From IMG/VR virus record IMGVR_UViG_3300025383_000009: DNA of 64,000 nucleotides, one strand, 5' to 3'. The stretch is from a virus. Its lineage: Duplodnaviria > Caudoviricetes. Under the pieces are notes generated by a model. That model was not told the DNA's origin, did no database searches, and saw nothing but the letters and a program-made list of their open reading frames with translations. Positions 1 to 9,732 of this stretch are shown in pieces (position 1 is the first letter of the stretch; each line of letters begins with the position of its first letter). Position numbers and translations under genes: made by a program.

Positions 1-1
1 A

Positions 2-643
2 ATATCTGCTGTTCAAACATATATTAGTAAATTACAAACAGAAATACAAGACCTAACATCTCATAAAGATAACCTTGAAGATGAGAATGCTAAATTAAAA
101 GAACTTAAAGAAGCTCTTGCTGAATTGATTGCAAAACAGGAAGAATTATCTGTTGAAAAACAATATCTAGAAATTGCTTCATCATTATTAAAAGATACAG
201 GTATCAAAACAAAGATTATTCGCCAATACTTACCTATCATGAATAAATTGATTAATAAGTATTTGGCTGCAATGGATTTCTTCGTGAATTTTAATATCAA
301 TGAGAATTTTGAAGAAACAATTAAATCTAGACACCGAGATGAATTTAGTTATGCTAATTTTTCAGAAGGCGAAAAGATGAGAATTGATTTGGCACTATTA
401 TTTACATGGCGCCAAATTGCTAAACTAAAGAATTCTACAAATACCAATCTATTAATATTAGACGAAGTGTTTGATTCTTCTTTAGACGGTGTAGGTACGG
501 AAGAGTTTTTAAAACTAATACACGATATGCGAACTGATACGAATGTATTTGTCATCTCTCACAAAGGTGACCAATTGTTTGATAAGTTCCGTTCAATAAT
601 CAAATTTGAGAAAATTAATAACTTTAGTCAGGTGGCAAAATGA
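2..643 (+). CDS. 46: Recombination endonuclease ATPase subunit (T4 gp46, Rad50/SbcC-like), 5'-truncated by window edge
   Basis: Frame open from base 2; ABC signature FSEGEKMRIDLAL, Walker B LILDEVFDSSLD, ISHK. Confidence 0.93.
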   Translation: MSAVQTYISKLQTEIQDLTSHKDNLEDENAKLKELKEALAELIAKQEELSVEKQYLEIASSLLKDTGIKTKIIRQYLPIMNKLINKYLAAMDFFVNFNINENFEETIKSRHRDEFSYANFSEGEKMRIDLALLFTWRQIAKLKNSTNTNLLILDEVFDSSLDGVGTEEFLKLIHDMRTDTNVFVISHKGDQLFDKFRSIIKFEKINNFSQVAK

Positions 644-1209
644 GTGATGAAATAAAATTTAATACGGAAGAATTAGCAAAACCAACCTTAACAAAGGTAC
701 CAGTTGAAACATTTCAATTGGTTCCTGAAACACATCCCTTACTTAAACAGGTTTTACCAGAGTTTGATTTCTCTAAACCTCCTGTTGATCCAAATAAATT
801 CGCTTCTACATTGGTAGAAACTTGTAAGGCAAATCACGGTATTGGTTTATCAGCCAATCAATGTGGATTTAATCATAGAGTTTTTGTTATGGGTGCTAAT
901 GATGATTATGTGGCATTTTATAATCCAAAGATTACCAAATTTGAAGGCGAAGCACATATGATTGAAGGATGCTTATCTTTTCCTTTCTTGGCATTACGAA
1001 TCACTAGACCTGAAACGATTGAGGTTGAATACCAAGATTTCAATGGTGAAAAGAAAACTGCCAAATTTAGTGGATTATCTGCTCGTTGTTTCCAACATGA
1101 ATTGGATCACATGAACGGCCTTGTATACACATCAAAAGCAAAACCACTAGCTTTGAAAATGGGTATGGATAAAAGAAATAAAATTTTGAAGAAAATAGGA
1201 TTAAAATAA
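640..1209 (+). CDS. def: Peptide deformylase
   Basis: All three PDF motifs: GIGLSANQ, EGCLS, QHELDH. Confidence 0.95.
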   Translation: MSDEIKFNTEELAKPTLTKVPVETFQLVPETHPLLKQVLPEFDFSKPPVDPNKFASTLVETCKANHGIGLSANQCGFNHRVFVMGANDDYVAFYNPKITKFEGEAHMIEGCLSFPFLALRITRPETIEVEYQDFNGEKKTAKFSGLSARCFQHELDHMNGLVYTSKAKPLALKMGMDKRNKILKKIGLK

Positions 1210-2474
1210 TGGCAACACCAATTGAATTTGTAGAGAAACAATGGTCAGAATGGCAAGAGGCCAATCCTCCATCATCTATTGAACATATTGACGAAGCAGA
1301 GCTCAAAGAAAAACTTATTTCTGATTTGACTTATGCATCTCAAATGGATGTTAAAGAATATACTCTCTATCAAAAATGGTGTGAAGTGAAAGAAAGATAT
1401 CCAACTCAAATGGTGTCTACACTATTTGGTGAAGAACTTCAAATGGTTAATCCAGAACAAGAAAAGATTATTAAAGATGTTAAAACAAACTTTTGGATGC
1501 CAGATAATCCAGATGATTATGAAAAGTTACAACCTATATTAGAATTATCTAATGGAGATTTGGCAGAAAGATGGAATGCTATTAGAACATTCTCATCAAC
1601 AATGAAAAATAATTCAAATATTGGCAGAAATCTATTCTATACAGTAAAAGATGAACCTACTGGCAAATATCTTGGTGTGATTTGTATCTCATCTGACTTT
1701 CTTGATTTGACACCAAGAGATAAAGCAATTGGTTGGTCTAGAGATGTTAAAACACAACAAGGCATGATTAATCATACAGCAATTGGTTCAACAATTGTTC
1801 CATTACAACCGCTTGGTTATAATTACATGGGTGGTAAGTTGCTTGCTTTATTATGTTTAGATGATAGAATTCAGAAAGATTGGAAAGAAAGATATGGTGA
1901 TACTCTTGTGGCAGTTACCACAACATCACTATATGGTAAAGCAAAAGCTGGTGGGTTATCTCAATATGATGGTCTAGAACATTGGAACGCTATGGGATTC
2001 TCATCTGGTTCTGTTGCCTTTGAACCTAAACGCACAACCTCAAAGATGATATATGATTGGATTAAAGAGAATTATCCACGCAAATACTTTGAATGGTGGG
2101 ATGCCAAAAATACTCAAGGTCTTCCACTTAAGCGTGACCATAAGAACCGTTCATTAAACTTTGCTTATCCAAAACTTGGTATACCTAAGCAACTTATTAG
2201 AACAGAGCATCAACGTGGTATTTACTTTGCACCACTCTATAACAATACAAACGAATATTTAAGAAAAGAAATTACTGACGACCAGTTGGTTAAATCATTT
2301 GATACTTCTACTAAAGCACTTACTGATATTTGGAAAACCAAATATGCTAAAGGTAGAATATCAATGCTCAAGAAGAAAGATAAGGTATCTAAAGAATCCT
2401 TATTCTATGATGACTTAATTTACCTCACTTGGGAAGAAACAAAAGAAAAATATCTTGTTCAAGTTGGTAGATAG
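1209..2474 (+). CDS. DUF4338 / Druantia DruA-like protein
   Basis: Motifs GRNLFYTV, YLGVICISSD, IVPLQPLGYNYMGGKLLALL, TTTSLYG resemble DUF4338/DruA as recalled. Confidence 0.6.
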   Translation: MATPIEFVEKQWSEWQEANPPSSIEHIDEAELKEKLISDLTYASQMDVKEYTLYQKWCEVKERYPTQMVSTLFGEELQMVNPEQEKIIKDVKTNFWMPDNPDDYEKLQPILELSNGDLAERWNAIRTFSSTMKNNSNIGRNLFYTVKDEPTGKYLGVICISSDFLDLTPRDKAIGWSRDVKTQQGMINHTAIGSTIVPLQPLGYNYMGGKLLALLCLDDRIQKDWKERYGDTLVAVTTTSLYGKAKAGGLSQYDGLEHWNAMGFSSGSVAFEPKRTTSKMIYDWIKENYPRKYFEWWDAKNTQGLPLKRDHKNRSLNFAYPKLGIPKQLIRTEHQRGIYFAPLYNNTNEYLRKEITDDQLVKSFDTSTKALTDIWKTKYAKGRISMLKKKDKVSKESLFYDDLIYLTWEETKEKYLVQVGR

Positions 2475-2552
2475 TAGTAAGGATATTAATTCAGTAGAAT
2501 TAGTATCTGGTAGTATTATTTTAGATGTTCTAATTTAATTAAGGAGAATTAT

Positions 2553-3605
2553 ATGAAAGCACTATTTGATGTGCAAAAATCTTTAGAAATGTGTCCTCCA
2601 AAATATCCAAAAGGAGTTAGCCACATTAAAAGAGTAGTTTTAAAAAGAGGCGTGGATGTTACTTATCCAAAAGATAAAAATCCAAGATTACTTAAAGTGG
2701 TAGTAGAAAGAATTCCAGAATTAAGAGATTCATTTCTTGTTAATGGATTTATTAATACTTGTTCGCCACCTACAGTAAAAGTTGATCCAAATAATAAAAA
2801 TAGATTTATTGGATTATCTGGTTACCATAGAGATGCAGCTGCAGAACAAGCTAAATGGGATACAATGATATATGATGTATTAGAATTTGATTCTCCAAAA
2901 GATGAAAGAATTCATAGAGTAACAACTAATCATCATTTAACGCCAGTTATACCAAATACACTGGATGATATTGTTAAGCAAGTTGTTGAATCTATATCTA
3001 GTAAAGAAATACCTAATGATGATAATGATGTAAAAGAACTTATATCAGTATTAGCAGCAGATAAAACTCCAAATAACCAAAAAACAATTTTTGAGAGAGT
3101 TAGAAGGCAAGTATCTTTTTCTGATACTTTGTTATGTTATCATGCCGGTACAGGTTCAAATTCAACCAAAACATTTGCTGAAAAAAATAATCTCCCATTT
3201 CAAGGAGAAGCAAGATATGGTAAAACAAATAGATTGGGTTATATCACAAGTCAAAAAACTCCAAAAACAACATTATATGAATCTAAAAATTTATATAAAG
3301 ATTATAATGGACAACAAATTGAATATTTTGCTTGGATCTCTAAACCAGAACCTGCTCCTAAATTATACAAACAAAGAAAACAATACAAACAAGCTTTTGA
3401 TAATTTTATCCGACTTGATTGTGAAGCAGAAGTTTTCCGTATGCAAAAACTAGGTTTAAAAGTAAAATTAGAAGATATTATTGCTAGCCATCCAATAAAA
3501 TTTATTGGATTTTTAGCACAAGATATTACACCTGATCCATTCAATAACGGCAAACCAAAAGAAAGTGGTGTTGTTGATATTAATGGAAAAGCGGTAGTAA
3601 TTTAA
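2553..3605 (+). CDS. Hypothetical protein, possible ParB/Srx-like N-terminal domain
   Basis: SD AAGGAG upstream; PPTV...FIGLSGYHRDAAA resembles the ParB GxxR motif. Confidence 0.4.
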   Translation: MKALFDVQKSLEMCPPKYPKGVSHIKRVVLKRGVDVTYPKDKNPRLLKVVVERIPELRDSFLVNGFINTCSPPTVKVDPNNKNRFIGLSGYHRDAAAEQAKWDTMIYDVLEFDSPKDERIHRVTTNHHLTPVIPNTLDDIVKQVVESISSKEIPNDDNDVKELISVLAADKTPNNQKTIFERVRRQVSFSDTLLCYHAGTGSNSTKTFAEKNNLPFQGEARYGKTNRLGYITSQKTPKTTLYESKNLYKDYNGQQIEYFAWISKPEPAPKLYKQRKQYKQAFDNFIRLDCEAEVFRMQKLGLKVKLEDIIASHPIKFIGFLAQDITPDPFNNGKPKESGVVDINGKAVVI

Positions 3606-3622
3606 ATATGCCACAAAATGTA

Positions 3623-3652
3623 TTGACTTATGTCATACATATATGATATGAT
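3623..3652 (+). promoter_or_regulatory. sigma70-type promoter
   Basis: TTGACT-N18-TATGAT with extended TG, upstream of the wHTH gene. Confidence 0.6.
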
Positions 3653-3705
3653 GTTATTTCTCGTTGTGATACGAGGTTTTTTATTAAATTATGAAGGAGT
3701 TATAT

Positions 3706-3972
3706 ATGAAGTTATCAGCAAAAGAAAAAATGTTAGCAGCCTTAAAACAAGAATCTGGCTACAACACATTCACAGTTAAGCAAGCACAACGCCGTTTTGG
3801 TATCAAAAATGTGTCTGCTCGTATTGACGAATTACGTCAAGAAGGTAATGTTATCTACACTAACACAAAGTTAGATGCTAATGGTAACAAAGTAAAATAC
3901 TATCGCTTAGGCACTCCATCTAAAGCACTTGTTCAAGCTGCTTTACGTGCTGGCTATTCTTTCACTGCTTAA
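3706..3972 (+). CDS. Small winged helix-turn-helix DNA-binding protein
   Basis: NVSARIDELRQEG helix followed by beta wing KYYRLG; SD AAGGAG at 3694 places the start at 3706. Confidence 0.6.
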   Translation: MKLSAKEKMLAALKQESGYNTFTVKQAQRRFGIKNVSARIDELRQEGNVIYTNTKLDANGNKVKYYRLGTPSKALVQAALRAGYSFTA

Positions 3973-3991
3973 TCAATAAGCAGATTCAAAG

Positions 3992-4025
3992 AGGAGTTAG
4001 CCGCAATGACTAACTCCTTTTTTTT
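3992..4025 (+). terminator. Rho-independent terminator
   Basis: AGGAGTTAG-loop-CTAACTCCT followed by a T-run. Confidence 0.8.
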
Positions 4026-4042
4026 ATTATTACGGAGAGCAT

Positions 4043-4861
4043 ATGGAAATTTCAATTAAAAAAGAACAGTTACAGACAAAAAGATTATTTGTAGCAACAC
4101 CAATGTATGGTGGCATGAACCATGGTTTATACATGAAGTCATGTTTAGATTTACAAGCTATTTGTATGCAATATGGCATTCAAAGTAAATTCTCATTCCT
4201 ATTCAATGAATCATTAATTACACGAGCAAGAAATTATCTTGTTGATGAGTTTATCCATCGTTCAGATGCTACTCATTTACTATTCATCGACTCTGACATC
4301 AATTTCAATCCACAAGATGTTATTGCTATGTTAGCATTAGATAAAGATGTTATTGGTGGTCCTTATCCTAAAAAGGCAATTAAGTGGCGTTCAGCAGCTA
4401 CAGCACTTAAAAAGAATCCAACTATGAACCCACAAGATTTAGAAAAAGTTGTTGGTGATTTCGTATTCAATCCAGTTAAAGGCACGGCTCAATTTAATGT
4501 ATCAGAACCATTAGATGTATTAGAAATTGGTACAGGTTTCATGATGGTAAAACGAGAAGTGTTTGCTAAAATGGAAAAACAATATCCAGAAATTAGATAT
4601 AAACCAGACCATGTTGGTCAAGCACACTTTGACGGTTCAAGATACATTCACGCTTTCTTTGATACCGTTATCGATACAAAAGATAGTATCACAGGTGGCG
4701 GCTCTGACAGATACCTTTCAGAAGACTATATGTTCTGTCAAATGTGGCGTAAAATGGGTGGACAAATCTACTTATGTCCATGGATGAGAACTGCACACAT
4801 TGGTACCTATCACTTCCACGGTGATATGCCTGCTGTTGCTAATTTTGTTGGAGAAATGTAA
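4043..4861 (+). CDS. GT-A fold glycosyltransferase-like protein
   Basis: FVATPMYGG, ESLITRARN, THLLFIDSDI (DxD), EIGTGFMMV, YLSEDYMFC. Confidence 0.55.
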   Translation: MEISIKKEQLQTKRLFVATPMYGGMNHGLYMKSCLDLQAICMQYGIQSKFSFLFNESLITRARNYLVDEFIHRSDATHLLFIDSDINFNPQDVIAMLALDKDVIGGPYPKKAIKWRSAATALKKNPTMNPQDLEKVVGDFVFNPVKGTAQFNVSEPLDVLEIGTGFMMVKREVFAKMEKQYPEIRYKPDHVGQAHFDGSRYIHAFFDTVIDTKDSITGGGSDRYLSEDYMFCQMWRKMGGQIYLCPWMRTAHIGTYHFHGDMPAVANFVGEM

Positions 4862-4974
4862 TGTCTAATATTGATAAAATTAGAGATTTGTTATCTAAAA
4901 TTGAATACAGACCAATTGAAGCTAACACCTCCAATATCCAACAAATTCAATCATTATACCAAAAACGTAAATGA
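4861..4974 (+). CDS. 37-aa small ORF (MSNIDKIRDLL...), not in ORF track
   Basis: Start shares a base with the upstream TAA; stop is ATGA-coupled to the dNMP kinase start. Confidence 0.5.
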   Translation: MSNIDKIRDLLSKIEYRPIEANTSNIQQIQSLYQKRK

Positions 4975-5639
4975 TTATCGGGTTTGTAGGCTTCATGGGG
5001 TCAGGTAAAGGGACTGCCGGTGAGATTCTAAAAGATATGAACTTTCATCAAGAGAGTTTCGCCAATGGCGTTAAAGATGTCGCCTCCGTCATGTTTGGAT
5101 GGCCTAGGCATCTTTTAGAAGGTGATACTGATGAATCCCGTCAGTTTAGAGAAACACCAGATAAATTTTGGTCTGATAAGATGAGCAGAGATTTTACCCC
5201 TCGTGAAGCACTACAAAAAGTTGGTACTGAAGCAGGTCGTGATACATTCCATAAAGATTTTTGGGTGTTGTCATTAGAGAATAGGATTAAATTTGCTACG
5301 GATTATGTTATTACTGATGTTCGTTTTCCAAATGAAATAGATTGGATACACGAAAAAGGTGGTATTGTAATCGAACTCAAAAGAGGACAAAATCCTATTT
5401 GGTATGAAGATATGGCCAACGATAATGACATGGAATTTAAAATAGAATTAATGAAAAAATTTGGTGTCCATGAATCAGAATGGGCATGGGTAGGAAGTCA
5501 TACCGATGCCACAGTTTGTAACAATGGCACAAAGGCAGAATTACAGGTCAATCTAATCAAAGTATTGACAAGTAAGTTAGGAAGCAGTATAATGAATAAA
5601 CTACTATATCATGGAGAAGAATTATATGAAGTTATCTAA
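4971..5639 (+). CDS. 1: Deoxynucleoside monophosphate kinase (T4 gp1-like)
   Basis: P-loop GFMGSGKGT, FANGVKD, TPREALQKVGTE, ITDVRFPNE. Confidence 0.85.
   Translation: MIIGFVGFMGSGKGTAGEILKDMNFHQESFANGVKDVASVMFGWPRHLLEGDTDESRQFRETPDKFWSDKMSRDFTPREALQKVGTEAGRDTFHKDFWVLSLENRIKFATDYVITDVRFPNEIDWIHEKGGIVIELKRGQNPIWYEDMANDNDMEFKIELMKKFGVHESEWAWVGSHTDATVCNNGTKAELQVNLIKVLTSKLGSSIMNKLLYHGEELYEVI
5565..5593 (+). promoter_or_regulatory. sigma70-type promoter for gp45, inside the 3' end of the kinase gene
   Basis: Perfect TTGACA-N17-TATAAT. Confidence 0.75.
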
Positions 5640-6300
5640 TGAAACATTAAGCGTATTGAAGAATTTCTCTTCAATCAACCAAGGCATTCAGTTTAAGAAA
5701 GGCACTAAACTAACAACAGTTTCAGCAAGTAAGACTGTGTTAGCACAAGCTATTCTTAAAGACGATTTCCCACAAGATTTTTGTATTTACGATTTGAATC
5801 AATTCTTATCAGTCCATTCTTTATTTAAAGATTCAGCTGAACTAGATTTTGACTCAACAAATATCGTATTCAAAAGCGGTAAACGTAAAACAAGTTATCG
5901 TATGACCGCTAAAGAAATGATTGTAACACCACCAGAAAAAGAATTAACTCTTCCATCTGTTGATTGTTCATTCACATTATCATCCGAAGATTTAGATTGG
6001 GCTTTAAAAACAGCATCTGTTTTATCATCACCTCATATCGGAATTAAATCTGACGGAGATAAAATCGAAGTAATTACTTTTGATGCCGCAGACAACTCAG
6101 CACACACAAACGCAATTGAAGTCGGCACAGGTAACGGTAAACAATACAACATTGTATTTAAAACCGAAAATATTAAACTAATACCAGGAAGTTATGATGT
6201 TCAAATTTCTTTCAAAGGTATTGGTCATTTTAAAAACACCAAAGATGATATTCAATATTGGATCGCATTTGAGGCTAAAGAATCTAAATTAGGAGCATAA
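5626..6300 (+). CDS. 45: DNA polymerase sliding clamp
   Basis: MKLSNETLSVLKNFSSIN N-terminus, IYDLNQFLS, QYWIAFE; synteny with 44/62/regA. Confidence 0.92.
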   Translation: MKLSNETLSVLKNFSSINQGIQFKKGTKLTTVSASKTVLAQAILKDDFPQDFCIYDLNQFLSVHSLFKDSAELDFDSTNIVFKSGKRKTSYRMTAKEMIVTPPEKELTLPSVDCSFTLSSEDLDWALKTASVLSSPHIGIKSDGDKIEVITFDAADNSAHTNAIEVGTGNGKQYNIVFKTENIKLIPGSYDVQISFKGIGHFKNTKDDIQYWIAFEAKESKLGA

Positions 6301-6301
6301 T

Positions 6302-6493
6302 ATGTTATTATCATTTACAGAAGCCGATTCAGGCAAACCAATCTCAATTAACCCAGCGCATGTTGTATTAGTATTTACAGCAAAACCTGAAGATAAAGAA
6401 GAACGCACACTTATCAATATGTTGAACGGTAATGTTGCAGTTGCTGAACCATATCTTGATGTTGTTGGCGCTATTCAAGCAGAAATTAAATAA
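6302..6493 (+). CDS. Hypothetical protein
   Basis: Tightly packed ORF between 45 and the DsbA-like gene. Confidence 0.65.
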   Translation: MLLSFTEADSGKPISINPAHVVLVFTAKPEDKEERTLINMLNGNVAVAEPYLDVVGAIQAEIK

Positions 6494-6768
6494 TGGCTAC
6501 AATTCAAACACTATTTGGCACCTTTAATGATGAGCAATTAAAGACACTTAAAGGTGCTGTTGATGAAATGGTTCTTGTCATGCACAAGGCCGACACACTT
6601 AAAGGTGATATGAAAGATATTGTGGATTCTACACATGACCTCTTAAAAGTTCCTAAAAAGATTATTAAGAAAATGGCTAAAGTGCAGTATAAACAATCCT
6701 TTCAAACCGAAGTTGCAGAGTCAAAAGAGTTTGAAGCATTATTTGAAGGCATTTCAGAAGTTAAATAA
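6493..6768 (+). CDS. dsbA: T4 DsbA-like double-stranded DNA-binding protein
   Basis: 91-aa helical pattern (DMKDIVD...LKVPKKIIKKMAK...EFEALFE) resembles T4 DsbA. Confidence 0.55.
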   Translation: MATIQTLFGTFNDEQLKTLKGAVDEMVLVMHKADTLKGDMKDIVDSTHDLLKVPKKIIKKMAKVQYKQSFQTEVAESKEFEALFEGISEVK

Positions 6769-7379
6769 TGCAACCAATTATAATAGACAATTTTATTCCT
6801 GAAGTATATCAGGATTCTATTCTTTATCTATTAACTGGTTCAGAATTTGGCTGGACATTAAATGACGATTCAGCTGGTTACGGTGACGAGCCAGCTGATA
6901 AGTATTTTCATGTAAATATTCCAACTAAAGACCATATCCAGTTTAGACACACTTTCGTCAAAGAGAATGAATTAAAAAGTGATTTTTTAAAATATATTGG
7001 CGTATTAGTTGCTGAATTTGAAAATACAATGAAAGCAAGAGTCAAATATACAAAAAGAATCAAATCTAATTTGTTGGTAAGTAATCAAGTTGGTCCATGG
7101 ATACAACCACCTCATGTTGATGGAATGAATTTAAAAGATGGCGTTGTTGATGCTATTGGTAAATATTCACTATTATATTATGTAAATAATTCAGATGGTG
7201 ATACTACACTATATAATGAATACTTTACTGGAGAGTCTGTTGGTGAATTAACCGTTCAACAAAAGATTTTGCCTGTAAAAGGTCGAGCAGTTATATTTGA
7301 TTCTAATCAGATACATTCTGCTAGTTGTCCTAAAGTTAATGATACTCGTATTGTCATTAATTGTATTTTTGAGATTTAA
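6768..7379 (+). CDS. 2OG-Fe(II) oxygenase
   Basis: PPHVD...YYVNNSDGDT...GRAVIFDSNQIHSASCP...RIVIN (HxD...H...R). Confidence 0.8.
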   Translation: MQPIIIDNFIPEVYQDSILYLLTGSEFGWTLNDDSAGYGDEPADKYFHVNIPTKDHIQFRHTFVKENELKSDFLKYIGVLVAEFENTMKARVKYTKRIKSNLLVSNQVGPWIQPPHVDGMNLKDGVVDAIGKYSLLYYVNNSDGDTTLYNEYFTGESVGELTVQQKILPVKGRAVIFDSNQIHSASCPKVNDTRIVINCIFEI

Positions 7380-7399
7380 TTTTATTATGGGAGTTTTGA

Positions 7400-8329
7400 A
7401 TGCAAGAATTATTATGGGTAGAGAAGTATCGTCCTAAAAAAGTAGAAGATTGTATTTTACCTGATACAATCAAAACTACATTCCAAGAGTTTGTAAATCG
7501 TAAAGAAATACCAAATCTATTACTATCTGGTTCAGCAGGCGTAGGCAAAACTACTATTGCTAAAGCATTGTGTGAAGAAGTTGGTTGTGATTATCTAGTT
7601 ATCAATGGTTCAGATGACAGAGGTATCGCAACGATGCAAACCACAGTCAAGAACTATGCTACTTCAATCAGTCTATCTGGTGGTAGAAAAGTTATCATCC
7701 TAGACGAAGCAGATAATATTACACCAGATGCACAAAAGGCATTAAGAGGCATGATGGAGGCAGTATCTATCAATTGCTCATTCATCTTTACTTGTAATTT
7801 CAAAAACAGAATTATTGATGCTATTCATTCAAGATGTTCAGTTATCGATTTCAAAATCAACGGCTCTAAAGCTAAAATGGCAGCATCTTTCTTTAAGAGA
7901 GTTGAATGGATTCTCGAACAAGAAAATATCACATATGATAAAGAAGTTGTTGCTTCAATTATCACAAAACACTTTCCAGACAATCGTAGAATATTAAATG
8001 AACTTCAAAGATATTCTGTAACAGGCACTATTGATAAAGGCATTCTATCAAACGTATCTGATATTCAAATTGAAGCCCTAGTCAAATCACTTAAAGATAA
8101 AGACTTTTCTGCTTGTCGTAAATGGGTTACAAACAATCTAGACAATGACCCAGCTAAACTGTTCCGTAAGTTATATGATGCATTATTTGAATCACTAAAA
8201 CCAAATGGTATTGCACAGTTGGTAATCATTCTTGCTAGGTATCAATATCAATCTGCTTTTGTTGCTGACCAAGAAATCAATACTATTGCTTGTTTAACAG
8301 AAATTATGGTAGATTGTGAATTTAAATAA
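7400..8329 (+). CDS. 44: Clamp loader large subunit
   Basis: WVEKYRP, GSAGVGKTT, IILDEAD, SRC. Confidence 0.95.
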   Translation: MQELLWVEKYRPKKVEDCILPDTIKTTFQEFVNRKEIPNLLLSGSAGVGKTTIAKALCEEVGCDYLVINGSDDRGIATMQTTVKNYATSISLSGGRKVIILDEADNITPDAQKALRGMMEAVSINCSFIFTCNFKNRIIDAIHSRCSVIDFKINGSKAKMAASFFKRVEWILEQENITYDKEVVASIITKHFPDNRRILNELQRYSVTGTIDKGILSNVSDIQIEALVKSLKDKDFSACRKWVTNNLDNDPAKLFRKLYDALFESLKPNGIAQLVIILARYQYQSAFVADQEINTIACLTEIMVDCEFK

Positions 8330-8718
8330 TGGCAGACTTATTTAAAGAAGTTATTCCGTCAATATTACAGACAAAAAAGTCAGTCTTACATGATGATGTG
8401 GATGTAAAAAAATACGATGCTTTTATTGTCAACCGAGCGTTGTCCTATCACATGGATTGTGTTCTCCACGCTAATGAGATAAATAAGAATCCTAGCTTAG
8501 ATAATGATATGCAATACCAATATTATCTAAATAATATAAGACCTATGAAACGGAAATTTCAACCGTGGCAGAAATCAGAGGTCATAAAAGACATAGATTC
8601 AATCAGGCGATATTTTGGTTACTCCAATGAGAAGGCCAAAGAAGCATTAAGAATTTTGACTGACGAACAAATCGCTGAAATAAAAATAAAAACCGATAAA
8701 GGCGGGATAAACAAATAA
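8329..8718 (+). CDS. 62: Clamp loader small subunit
   Basis: FIVNRALS, YFGYSNEKAKEAL; lies between 44 and regA. Confidence 0.9.
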   Translation: MADLFKEVIPSILQTKKSVLHDDVDVKKYDAFIVNRALSYHMDCVLHANEINKNPSLDNDMQYQYYLNNIRPMKRKFQPWQKSEVIKDIDSIRRYFGYSNEKAKEALRILTDEQIAEIKIKTDKGGINK

Positions 8719-9125
8719 TGATTTCAATTACAAGTTTAGTTGAAGTTACACTAGCAGAAAAAGACGACTTCTTAAAGGTTCGTGAAACCTTAACTCGCAT
8801 TGGTGTTGCTTCAAAGAAAGATAGAACATTGTATCAATCGTGCCATATATTACATAAACAAGGCAGATACTATATTGTTCACTTTAAAGAATTATTTGCA
8901 TTAGACGGTAAACCTACAGATATCACAGAGAATGATTTATCTCGTAGAAATGCTATTGCTAAACTATTACAAGATTGGGAATTAGTAAAAATTGTAGATA
9001 AAAAATCTATTGAAACACCAGAACCAATCTTTTTATCTCAAGTAAAAATCATCTCACATAAAGAAAGAGATGAGTGGAATTTAGTACCAAAATATAACAT
9101 TGGTAAAAAAGCACAAAGCTATTGA
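8718..9125 (+). CDS. regA: Translational repressor RegA
   Basis: DDFLKVRETLTRIGVAS, LYQSCHILHKQGRYYIVHFKELF. Confidence 0.95.
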   Translation: MISITSLVEVTLAEKDDFLKVRETLTRIGVASKKDRTLYQSCHILHKQGRYYIVHFKELFALDGKPTDITENDLSRRNAIAKLLQDWELVKIVDKKSIETPEPIFLSQVKIISHKERDEWNLVPKYNIGKKAQSY

Positions 9126-9152
9126 CATTGTAATTGAGGTGTGATATAAATA
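9122..9152 (+). promoter_or_regulatory. Overlapping sigma70 and T4 late promoter for hsp20
   Basis: TTGACA-N17-TATAAA; late consensus TATAAATA at 9145-9152. Confidence 0.7.
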
Positions 9153-9213
9153 TAAGTGTAAGGTGCCTTCGGGGTCTTACATTTTTTTAACTCGCTTAAT
9201 AGGAGATTTTAAC

Positions 9214-9627
9214 ATGACAGCTTTACAAGGCTATCGGCATTTATTGCCTCAAACAGTAGGATTTGACCATTTATTTTCAACACTTGATGAAATGGTGGAT
9301 TTAAAGACTACTTCATACCCACCCTACAATATCAAAAAAATTGACGAAACAAACTATAGTATAGATGTTGCGATTGCAGGCTTCAATAAAGATGAAGTCG
9401 AAATCCGTGTAGAAGGTGACAAACTTACCGTAATAGGTGAAACTATCAATGAAGACACTTCAACCTACTTACACAAGGGAATTGCTAATAGAAACTTTAC
9501 ACTAAACTTTACATTATCAGATACAGTTGTTGTTGGTGATGCAGAGTTTAATAATGGTATATTATCTATTGGTTTAGAGAACGTAATACCAGATTCTAAA
9601 AAACCAAGAACAATTACTATTAAATAA
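9214..9627 (+). CDS. hsp20: Small heat shock protein Hsp20/IbpA
   Basis: VGFD, YPPYNI, LHKGIANRNF, NGILSI; SD AGGAG. Confidence 0.92.
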   Translation: MTALQGYRHLLPQTVGFDHLFSTLDEMVDLKTTSYPPYNIKKIDETNYSIDVAIAGFNKDEVEIRVEGDKLTVIGETINEDTSTYLHKGIANRNFTLNFTLSDTVVVGDAEFNNGILSIGLENVIPDSKKPRTITIK

Positions 9628-9632
9628 GTTTT

Positions 9633-9706
9633 TACCCTGTAGTGTAACGGTAGCATAAGAGCCTCCAAATCTCTCGGTCGCAGTTCAAATCTGTGCAGGG
9701 TAGCCA
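9633..9706 (+). tRNA. trnW: tRNA-Trp(CCA) with encoded CCA end
   Basis: Acceptor TACCCTG/CAGGGTA, anticodon loop CTCCAAA, T arm CGCAG-TTCAAAT-CTGTG, ends GCCA. Confidence 0.9.
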
Positions 9707-9732
9707 ATTAACTAAAAGAAAGAAGGTAAAAA

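Noticed and set aside
9159-9178. GGTGCC-TTCG-GGGTC hairpin before hsp20 as an RNA thermometer or terminator
   Set aside because: The stem is short and mismatched with no adjacent U-tract; function cannot be supported from sequence alone
9633-9706. tRNA-Gly(TCC) or opal suppressor, implying genetic recoding
   Set aside because: The best 7-nt loop is CTCCAAA (anticodon CCA); genes tile well under the standard code
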